Positions 51,826-62,700 of a stretch of DNA of 64,000 bases are shown piece after piece. This DNA comes from Schmidtea polychroa. Taxonomy: Eukaryota. The notes beneath the pieces are model-generated. The model was given only the letters and a program-made list of their open reading frames with translations. It was not told the DNA's origin and ran no database searches. Numbering within the stretch: position 1 is the first letter of the stretch; every line of letters starts with the position of its first letter. The position numbers and the translations under genes are program-made. The stretch is taken from assembly GCA_044892525.1 (NCBI GenBank), contig CM097885.1, forward strand, positions 48,672,001-48,736,000, in the 5' to 3' direction.

Positions 51826-52437
51826 ATGCGTTTTTTAATGTAAACCACCTTTTCTATTGAAATTCTCATGACCAAGAAGATCCCCTCACTATAGTGTGAA
51901 AAATCCATGCTTTTTTATTGAAGACTACCTTTTTCTATTGAAATTCTCAGGACCAAGGAGACCCACCCAAATAATATTTATCCTTGGCTTGTTTATTGAA
52001 AAAAAAAATTTTGTATTTAAAATCCCAGAAAACATTGGGCATTACGGCAACAATTATGTAATCAAAAAATGTCTACGGAAAAAGTTATGCAATCAAAAGT
52101 TTGCAACATTTTTTACCCCCCCCCCCCCCTATTGCTGCCGTAAGCCACTAACTACCTACTTATATTAAAAGATATTCTTTAATAAGCTGGCAATTTTCCT
52201 GAATATATTTTTCTATCTTTTGGGGAAGGCTATTGGGGGTTAACACCCTATGTAAGTAAGCCGTTAATTTTTTTTTTTTTTTTTTTAATTTACACTATAT
52301 TATTAATTAGTCATTTTTAAATTGTATAATAAAATATATATTCATATGGTAATTTTTTTTCAAATCCCACAGTTCAAATGTCAATACTTGTAAAATAAAC
52401 ACGGATTTTCCACTAAAAAAAAATTGGGAACAATTAT

Positions 52438-52796
52438 GCAGGTAATCCGTTGTCAAATAATTAGACGGTTTTCCCACAGTGTCAGATTTATTTTTATCCC
52501 CTGTAAATTTGACAAATCAAAATCCTTTGCCGACCAAAAAAGTTATTTTAAAAATACGTCAGATTGAAACACACAAACTTTCATATTGAATAGAAAATTC
52601 ACTATATTTCACAACCTGCAGGTAATCCGTTGTCAAATAATTAGACGGTTTTCCCACAGTGTCAGATTTATTTTTATCCCCTGTAAATTTGACAAATCAA
52701 AATCCTTTGCCGACCAAAAAAGTTATTTTAAAAATACGTCAGATTGAAACACACAAACTTTCATATTGAATAGAAAATTCACTATATTTCACAACC
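52438..52796. repeat. Tandem duplication of a 180-bp unit
   Basis: GCAGGTAATCCGTTGTC...CACAACC occurs at 52438 and 52618, essentially identical. Confidence 0.92.
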
Positions 52797-55700
52797 ATAT
52801 TTCATTTTGTCTCCTATTAAAATAAATAATATATTCACTGAAATTGCTCTCTATTTATTATCTATTGAGAAGAAAGAATGGAGAGAAAAATTGCTTCGTG
52901 TGGTGTTGCAGAGTAAGGGAATTTTCATTGGTCGAGATTTTGTCGTGTCATAACTTTCTGCTCTTTCTGAGTCTTTAAATGATGAAATATCGATATTTTG
53001 TTTCATTACTTTTTTTCCGTACATTAAGTAATCAATCTATTGCTTCATTCGAATTTCCGGAACAATCGACATTTTTGTGGCCAATAAATAACTCATAGAG
53101 AACACTTAAACGAGTTTAACGAAAAAAAACTTATCTATGGTTGACGATTGGGTTATAAAAACCATGTATTCTACCAAACGTCGAAGAAGAAACACAATGG
53201 TTAGATTAATTTTTTTTTTGTATTAATTGTATAAAAATTAGCACAGGTTTGAGATATATATTTACAATCTGTCGATCAACTCTCAGAATTCCAGCTCAAA
53301 TCGAAGGTTCAACAATGAAAACAAATGTTTTTTTTCATTATTTTAACAAATTTCTTTGGGTTTATTAATTTATATTTTTAAGATTGAAGTAGGTTTATTA
53401 TTTATTCATTTTATGTAACAATTATATGTGATGTTATGAAATATCGGCAATTATAAAGCAATTCAATGATTTGCAAAAAAAATTGTTATTAATCTTGCTA
53501 TTTACTAGCATGAGGATTTGAGTGGATATAATTGAGCATTTAAAATAATATTTAGGCATTTGTGTAATGCTTGCAAATTATAATTGGAAATTATTTGAAA
53601 ATTACCAAGGAATAATAATATTTGCAGTTCCCTGAAATGTTAGAGATATCAATTTAAATGAGAAATAAACTTGAAAAATTACTACTACTACTACTATTAT
53701 TATTACTACTATCAATATTATTATTATTATTATCATTATATATTGTTATAATTATTGCTGCTATTACCACTATCATCACCATTATTATTATCAATATTAT
53801 TATTTTTTCAATATTATATTATTATTATTATTATTATCATTATATATTGTTATAATTATTGCTGTTATTACCACTATCATCACCATTATTATTATCAATA
53901 TTATTATTTTATCAATATTATTATTATTATTTATCACAATCCTACTCCAATTATCGCAATTATCGGGACGTCTATTAATTGATGTAAATCATTTTTTGTC
54001 GGGACGTCTATTAAAAATCAAGTAGACTAACGACAGTCTGGTAAGGTTATTGTAGTTTCAGAGTATTGAAATTAATTACTTTAGGATATAACAGAGTACA
54101 TTTAGTTTATTATTTCAGGATATTAAAAAGATATTCCTGCATTTTGAAAGTGTATATTGCTCCTATTTTGGTTATGTGGTGAGAATAACAAGAAAATTTT
54201 TTTTTTTGTATCTGATTAAATTATATTTTGTTACAATTTGCATTTTTACAATTTTTGTGTGCGAGTTTATGAATTCATTAATTGATTAGACTAGCGACTT
54301 TGGTGGAAATCAACAGTAAAATTTATTGAAAATTTCTTATAGCTGTGATTGTTGTTATTGTTCAAGATGAATACGGTTTACCAAGAATATGGATAAAATT
54401 GTGGTTAATAACAGAGTTGAGCAGTTAATGGGATATGCTTGTGTGTTTGTCTGTGTGTGTGTGTCTTTACGGTTTGATCGATTTTTATGTGCAAAATATT
54501 TGTCTAATTTATTCCCAGTCGCAAGGTAATTCATTTATTCTTTTTGTTTATGTTTTTTCTTTCATCATTATTACCATTATTATTAATATTATAATTTAAA
54601 AATAATTTTTTGTTATTAATAACTTATTGGTTTATTTCGCTCGCAGCATGGTAAAAAGTTAATCTCCCCCGCACCGACCGACTGTTTACTCAGCCTGATA
54701 AGGTATCTGCGATGAACATTAATATTCCGAATGAATTTTTTCTTGGTTTCTTACGTAGCCGTGCTGATAAGCTTTCTAATTAATTACTCTGTAGTTTGTC
54801 AACGTAGTCTGTACTGATAAGCGTTCTATATAAGTTTCTGCTTTACCACTTTTCGTTAGTTTTGTCTTGCCAATCTTGAAGTAAGCATTTTATATTTTAT
54901 TTTTCTTTTCATATTTTTTTTTGAATTTTAGTAACGCCATCCCTCAATTACTATGGACGTAAGTGATTAACTATCTTTTGTTATTTTTTGTATTTGTGAT
55001 TCTTTTTACCATGCTGTCCTCAACTGCCCTCATAGTAACCGAACACTTGCAATCGCTGTCCAGGGTAGCCAAACCCCGGTGATTGCAAGTGCTCGTGTTG
55101 CATATTAAATTAACTTATTGATGCTTATTAAATTAACTTATTTACTTTTTAATTTTAATTCGTTAATTTGTTTATGCAACTATCTACACTCATGTTTTGG
55201 GTCATATATTTTTGATTTTTGATTTTGTATTTATACTAAAAGCAAACCTCTAATTACAGCTACTCGTATTTTTCTGACAATTTTAGCCGTATTTATACTT
55301 ATTAATTTATTACGTAATTCTTAAAATCAATTACTTCCCTGCACTAATTATTTGTCGAGGGCGCCATGGTACGGAGTTTTACATAGTATTTATTTCATTT
55401 TTCTTTTCAACCCTTACTATTTTAGGCTATCCCAGAACCTAAGTTTGAGCATCTCGATGTTATGCAATGGTTATTTGACTGCCATACTAACAGGTTTTTT
55501 AATTTCTTTTTCAGGGTCCCTTTGCCACCGCGTCGAAAGGGATTGAAACGTACCTTTGCCTGTGTGGATACAGGCAGTAGGTTTGAAAGACGCCCGCCTT
55601 GCAATGTACGCAGGGAATGGGATTGTGGCATCCAAAGTCCCGTTCTGTTGGACTCTGATGACGAATAAAACTTTGAATAAATGTTCAGCATACCTTTGTT

Positions 55701-56129
55701 TTTAATTTATGCTAGAAAGGGTGGGGTAATTGTGTCCCTCTTCGCGAATAGTTTTTTGTTACTACCAATGTGAAATTATTCCTTACTTATTTATAATTTT
55801 GTTCTCTCGCCCCAGTGGTTTACCCATTGCTATATAGTTATGCTAATTCATTAATTACTAATCAGCCATATTATTTATTTCTAATGCTCATTTAAGGTAG
55901 TCATTTCATTATTTGCAACATTTATTTGAGTTATTCTATTTGCTCGTTTAACTTTGTTCATTTTTATCTATTATTCATTCATTTAATTTATCACTTTTTT
56001 ACTTATTTATTTATATCAATTTGTTTATTCATTTGATTATTTGTTAATTTACTTATAATTATTTGACTATTATTTTTTTTCCTCGAGGATGAAAAAACAC
56101 CAACAGGGTCCGTTTAAATAATTTATTTT

Positions 56130-56375
56130 TTAGTCTAATTGATTTATCTCACCATCATCTTCCGATTCCTCCATTTCTTCTACTCTCATTCGAAACATCG
56201 CGAAATCGGCTTCGTGTTGAAACAATAAGATTTCCAAACGGTCCAACCGCCTTTTCAGACGGAAGTTTTCTTCCTCCAAATCTGTTATTCTGCCCTGCAT
56301 GCTACGAAACTTTTGTTTTAGTTCTTGCGTACTTGTTTTACACTCTTTGCATGTCATCTCCGAGGCTTCTTGCAT
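56130..56375 (-). CDS. Small coiled-coil accessory ORF downstream of the polyprotein
   Basis: 81 aa with CxxC and a leucine-zipper-like ITDLEEENFRLKRRLDRLE. A TTTCAG acceptor-like site lies just upstream of the ATG. Confidence 0.5.
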   Translation of the reverse strand: MQEASEMTCKECKTSTQELKQKFRSMQGRITDLEEENFRLKRRLDRLEILLFQHEADFAMFRMRVEEMEESEDDGEINQLD

Positions 56376-56724
56376 TCTCTGAAATTAAATGATAGTTATT
56401 TTTTTTTGTATCACTCTTTATTCGCAAAGCATCAACACCTCGCTTCGAATCTCAAACAAATTACACAGTTCATCATATGGTACTTATAAAACATGCACAT
56501 TGTTAATATAAATGTAATATATTTTTATGCACTATTCATGCAGATCACAATTTACAGTCTTGTCTCATAATATGATGGTGGTTGAAGGATAGTTAGTTGT
56601 CTCTCTTTTACACATATCAAGATGGTGATGATTATGAATGTTATTGATAAGATGAGAAAACCTGTTATTAAAATGTAAATGAGATATTCACAATAGTTGA
56701 CTGTCAAATCCGAATTTATCATCA

Positions 56725-59700
56725 TTAGTTTGTTTGAGTTAGGTTTTGTCGTCTCTTGGGTCGGTAATTGGATTTTCGTTTATATGATTTTCGTTTCGAT
56801 TCATTGATTGTCTTGACTTCCACGAAAACTGTTTGCCATCTGCCTGGATCGGTTATCCATCGCTGATATTTAACTGTTAATTCCCATGCCGTCTCTAAAT
56901 CAGAAGTGTAAAGTGTAAAAAAATGATTACCGGCATCTATTATAGTCAGGGTTTTTTGTTTGTAGATAATAACAACTCTTTCATCATTTCCTGATTTTCT
57001 ATATATCGTTACCGGTCCATTTCCAACACTCAGGGTTATACGATTTGACTCGTCTCTGAGATAGATAGACTGGGTCTCACTCTTAAATCGTGACCATTGG
57101 TTTCTCACTACCGTTCCATTTTCGAGGCATATGTTCTCGTAGTAGTTTGCATTAACTGAATAATTTTGATTCATTTTCAATTTCTCGTAGCGGATAAATG
57201 ATTTTCGCGAGTTAAGGGTGTCGACATTTAACCCTTGAAATGTGATTCGCACTTTCACCAAGTCCACTGGCTTCCAATATATATTGATTCCGTTTATCTC
57301 TGGTTCTATCTCGATCAAGTTTCGCATCTCTTTTGTGTGCACTTCTATCGGAATTTGCGTGTACCACTTTGACATGTTCTGTCTCAACAGCCATTGGTAT
57401 TTGTAATTTGGCTTTAACTTTCGTACCGCAACTATATCTTTATCATAATTCAGTTCTACCACTGGTGCCGTATTGTCTAGTAAATTAATAATTTCTATTT
57501 GGTCTGCGATCTCGCATTTACAGCTCCATACTATATTTGTTAGAGTGGAATATATATGTATTTTCTCCATTCCTCTGATTTTGTTTACCGCATATGGTAA
57601 ATCAATTTTTTTGCCGCTCGCAACTGTTACTAACATCAGCATTATTGCTACATATAATATCTTATTGATGTAGCTGACTGGTGTTGGATTTTTCGTGAAT
57701 TTCTGTTTCAATTTTGTTTGACCCGTTACTTTATTCTGCTTGGATCTTAAGGGGTATCTAGATTCATCTTCCTCTGGCACTAGTTTACATCGATTTGCAT
57801 GCACAATCATCGGGTTAGCCTTTTTACTCCTGAATGGTAATAACTTCAAATTGGTTTCGGTGGTGTCGCACACTTTGTAGGGTCCTTTAAATGGTCTTTG
57901 CAATTTAGGCGATAAACCTTTGAGAGGTTCCGGTCTGTTCAGATATACTAGATCTCCAATCTTTATGCCATGCGCATGTGCTTTTTTATCGTATGATTCT
58001 TTATATTTCTCTTGGTTGTGCTTTATTGTCAAACCGGCTTTAGTCCATACTGACTGCATTCTTTCTTGCATCAATGCTTTATAATCGGGTATCTCCATAT
58101 ATTGTGAAATTGGTGGTTGGAATTTGAGATCAATCGGCATATTATTTTTCCTTAAATACATCAAGTAAAAAGGGGTCTCTCCTGTACTTTGATTTACTGC
58201 ATTTCTGTAGGCAAACAGACACGGCTTTATGAAGTCGTCCCAATCTTTCTGTTTTCGATTCACATATGATGAGATCATATTTATCAGTGTCCCATTAAAT
58301 CGTTCCACCAATCCATCAGTTTGTGGATGATATGGTGACGTATTCAATTTCCAAATTCCAAATAAGTCTGTGATTGATTTAAACATCTCGCTTTGAAAGT
58401 TCTTTCCTTGATCAGTTAACAATTTCTTTGGAGTACCATAGCGAAATATTATGTTTTCCACAAATATTCTAGCAATCGTATCTGCTTTTTGGTTTGGAAT
58501 AGCGTATGCTTCTGGCCATTTGGTAAAGTAGTCACAAAAAACAACAATGTATTTGTTTCCTTTTGTTGTTTCCGGTAATGGTCCCAGAATATCCATTGCC
58601 GTCATCTCCATTGGTGCTGCAGGTACTGGCATCGGTTTTAATGGTACTTTAATCTTTTTACCAGTATTTCTGCGGGTGATGCATACTTTGCAACTGTTAC
58701 ACCAATTTTTCACGTCTTGTTCCATTGTCGGCCAAAAGTATTTCAATTTTAATCTTGATAGCGTCTTGCGCGTTGACAAATGACCTCCCAACGCTCCATC
58801 ATGATACTGCATCAGTAATGCATCTCTGTGCTTGGCTGGTATAATAATTAATGCTTCCCCATTTTTCCAACATTTAAGTATTCCATTATGAATTACATAT
58901 TTGCTGTTTGCATCTGTAAGTCGTTTCCAGTCTTGTTCTTTTCTTATTTTGACCGCTTGTTCCATAAATTGTTTTAATTCACTATCGTTTTCCTGATCAT
59001 TTTGAAGTTCAGACATATCATTAACAGCTTTGATTGCTGCGAATATAGTGCCTTCCACTTTTTCAGGTGTCCCTTCACTATTATTTTCTGGGATTCTCGA
59101 CATTGCATCTGCATTCGCGTTAGCTTTACCTGTTCGGTATTTAATCTCAAAGTCGTATTCTTGGAGGGCAATTGACCATCGTATTAACTTACTGGCTGAA
59201 TCTCTGTGTTTCATTAACCACTGTAATGGATTATGATCTGTATAAACAGTAAATTTTCTGCCCAATAAATATTGTCTAAAAGTAGTAATTCCATACACTA
59301 ACGCTAACGTTTCCTTTTCAATCGTTGAGTAGTTTTTCTCGTGAGGCCTCAATGATCTGCTTGCGTATGCTATTACATGGTCCTTTTCACCTTCAAATTT
59401 TTGTCCCAATACCGCACCCAATGCAACGTTGCTTGCATCCGTCATCAAGATAAATTGTTTTGTAAAATCTGGACATCTTAATATAGGAGTTGTTACTAAT
59501 TTCTCTTTTAATGTATTGAAAGCGTTTTGTTGCATTTGTCCCCAAATAAATTTATTGTTTTTCTTTAGTAACGTATTCAATGGTTGTGCGATATGAGAGA
59601 AATCTTTTATAAATTTTCTGTAATAGCTCGCCAAACCTAAAAATTGTCTAACCTCATCGGCATCTTTTGGTACTGGGTACTCTTCCACTTTTTTGATGTT

Positions 59701-62700
59701 ATCTGGATTAGTTTGTAACCCTCGCCGTGATATTATATGTCCTACATAAATCACTTCTGCTTTGCCCCATTCACATTTCGATGGTTTGATTTTTAATTTT
59801 GCACTTTTGAGCCGTTTAAATACAGTTTCTACATCCTTCAGATGTTCTTCAAAGTCATTTGAAAATATTATTATATCGTCGATATACACCAATGCATGTC
59901 GAATTCCTCGTAACACATAATTCATTCCTCGTTGGAATGTAGCTGGGGCTCCTGTTAATCCAAATGGTAACACATTGAACTCATACAGTCCTTTGCCATC
60001 CGAGAACGCCGTCTTTCCTCTATATTCCTCTTTTACTCTAAATTGATTGTACCCTTTGTTTAAATCAATAACTGTGAAATATCGTGCCTCTCCCATTTGA
60101 TCAAACATTTCTTGGGGTACCGGAATTGGATAAGTGTCTTTCCTTGTAACTTGATTTAGCTTCCGATAATCTACGCAAAATCGTAAGTCTCCATCTTTTT
60201 TCTTAACTATTACTATTGATGAGGAGAATGGTGACGCGCTATCTCGAATTATTCCAAATTCCTTCATTGCTGTAATCTGTCTATCGCTTTCATCGTGATG
60301 AACGTAGGGGATTCTGTATGGCTTTATTTTTATTGGAGTTTCGTCTAATAACGGTATTTCATGCTCAATTACATTGGTTAAACCCAAATCATAATCGTGT
60401 TTGGCAAAGATATCTCGGTATTTCCTCAACAGTTTTGTGAATTCCTTTTTCTGCATCTCATTTAAATCATTGCTTACCACTTCAGGCTCCTTATACACCT
60501 TGACGTTTCTTGGTATTTTACAATTTGTTTCAATAGACATTTTTGATAATTTTCCCAATTTTGTTTTTGGGTGTAGCTGAACCGGTTTTTTGCTGCTATT
60601 CGTTATATGGACTGGTACTATCTGATTTTCCACTTTGACAACTTCGTCACATATCGGTAAATCATATTTTTCGACTAGCGTTTGATTTGGTTCGAATATA
60701 AAATCACCATTATCCACACTCATGGTATTTGCACAATATACCATCTCCGATTGTGGTGGTATTGTCAATGTCTGATTCACAAACACTTCACCTGCCCTGT
60801 GAATTATCTCTCCTGTTTCTCCTGCTATCAAATTACCTGTCTTTAAATCAAGTGAGACTCCGTCCAGCTGCTCTAATATATCCATGCCGATCAGACATCG
60901 TACTGGACTTCCCTTCATTATGAGCGCATCGTGCGCTATTATTCGATCTCCAATAAGGAATATGACGTTAAGTTGTCCAATTATGTTTAATTCATTTTTT
61001 GATAATGACCTCACTATTTCGTCGGTAGGCTTTATTCGCATTTTCTCCTTCGCGTTTAATACATTTTCCGATATTATTGTGTGACTAGATCCCGAATCGA
61101 CTAAAGCTTCCACTTTATGTTTGTTCATTTGTATAAATATTCGGGGTTGCTTTCCTCTTTTTGTTAATGTCATCATTGAGTAGTTGCATGGTAAGCCTAA
61201 CATATTTTTTCTCTCGATCTCTGCGCTAGAAGGCTCGATTCTCTCTCCTACCATTCCTTCACATTGTAAAGCGATATTTTCCACTGGTTTCATCTCTCGT
61301 AATCGATCAACTGGATACACTGGTGCTGGTTGCATAAATGATTTTGGTATACACAGTTTTGTAAACGTGTCTACGCTACTCGCATTCAACAGTGGCTCTT
61401 TTAAGATTTGATAGGTTTTTAACGCTTCTTTATTCATTCCACTTAGTTCTTGATTGTCAACATATAACGGTGCACTATCACCCTCGTTGTCATTGTCATT
61501 GTTCTCGTCCCTTGAAGGGGTTGTACTCGCGTAGCTCACCTTTTTCTTCTTTAATATTCGAGCCTTGAGTATCTCCAACTCCTGATATTGATGATGAGTA
61601 ATGAAGAATCTAGCCAATAATGGTATGCAACCAATTACTAGTTTCCACGACCAACCTGTGATCGCATATAATCTGTGTGTTGATAGGACCTGCGATATTA
61701 TTACTTTGATTACAACACATATTACATAAATTCCAATCAATCCGGCACATGCTTGTCCAATGAACATAAACTTTCCCCAGATCTTTTTCATTGTTTTATA
61801 CGTCGCTTTCTTGTAATGATCTGGAGTTAACAAATACTCATAATTTACCTTCCCACTTCCGCTTGGGAGAATTGTATCTACCATTTCCATTATTACTCTT
61901 TCTTTCTTTGATGGAAATAACAAGTTTCTGCGAGCTTCCTCAATGTCTTCGTTCGAGTAAATTCCACTTTGCGACAATTTTTCTAACGACGTAAAATTTA
62001 CCAGATATTGTAATTCTGTCAATTCTAAGTTTTCCGGTGTCTTTACTTCTCGATGGTCTGGTAATGCAATCCAAGATTCTGGTGTTAGTCTGTATAATGG
62101 TGCTAACAATCTATTGCACTGTAATACTTTCGGTTTCGCGTCCTCTTCCAGTAAGATTCGTGTTACAGGCTCCATAAATCGCAACTTTCCATTTAAATTC
62201 ACTGGTAACTCGTTGGTGCATTGGTCATACTTTGTCAGTTTAACTGGTACCGCTTTACATTTATAGCTATATAGTGCTTCACCGAAAATTCTGGCGAACA
62301 CTCCATTTTCTGCAATTAACATTGGTGCTACCAAATTAGGATTGGTTATAGCCATTGCCATCCGATTTCGGAGTATTTCTTTGTTGAGATTGCAATCATT
62401 TATAATAACTTCTCGGTACACATTTTCAACAGTATTTTGACCAAAGTGAAATAAATAATCTATTTTGTTATTAAAGTAATTTGTCAACTTAATATCTCCG
62501 GCATGTATGTTTGTTTGGGCCTCTGTAATCATCTTCTGAGATACATATATACCTTTATAATTTGTCTCATAGACACTTTGTCCACACTTTGTTTTAGTTT
62601 CTTTTCTCAGGAATCGCATCCTATCTTCCTCCGAGGTTGACATTAACACTGTTGGAGTATCTTTCATCCGTAGAGGTGTGATTCTTGTTGTTGTACTCGT

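Larger units (their letters stand above)
36623..52160. mobile_element. Palindromic pPolB-only Polinton-like element with ~7.2-kb inverted arms
   Basis: Termini AGTAGGTAGT / ACTACCTACT with an exact 6-bp TSD TATATT (36617-36622, 52161-52166). Region 36623-43841 is the near-perfect reverse complement of 44995-52160. Confidence 0.93.

Noticed and set aside
36623..52160. Pure assembly fold-back artefact
   Set aside because: Distinct flanks with an exact 6-bp TSD, a unique 1.15-kb spacer and arm-specific differences argue against it. Read-level confirmation is still needed.
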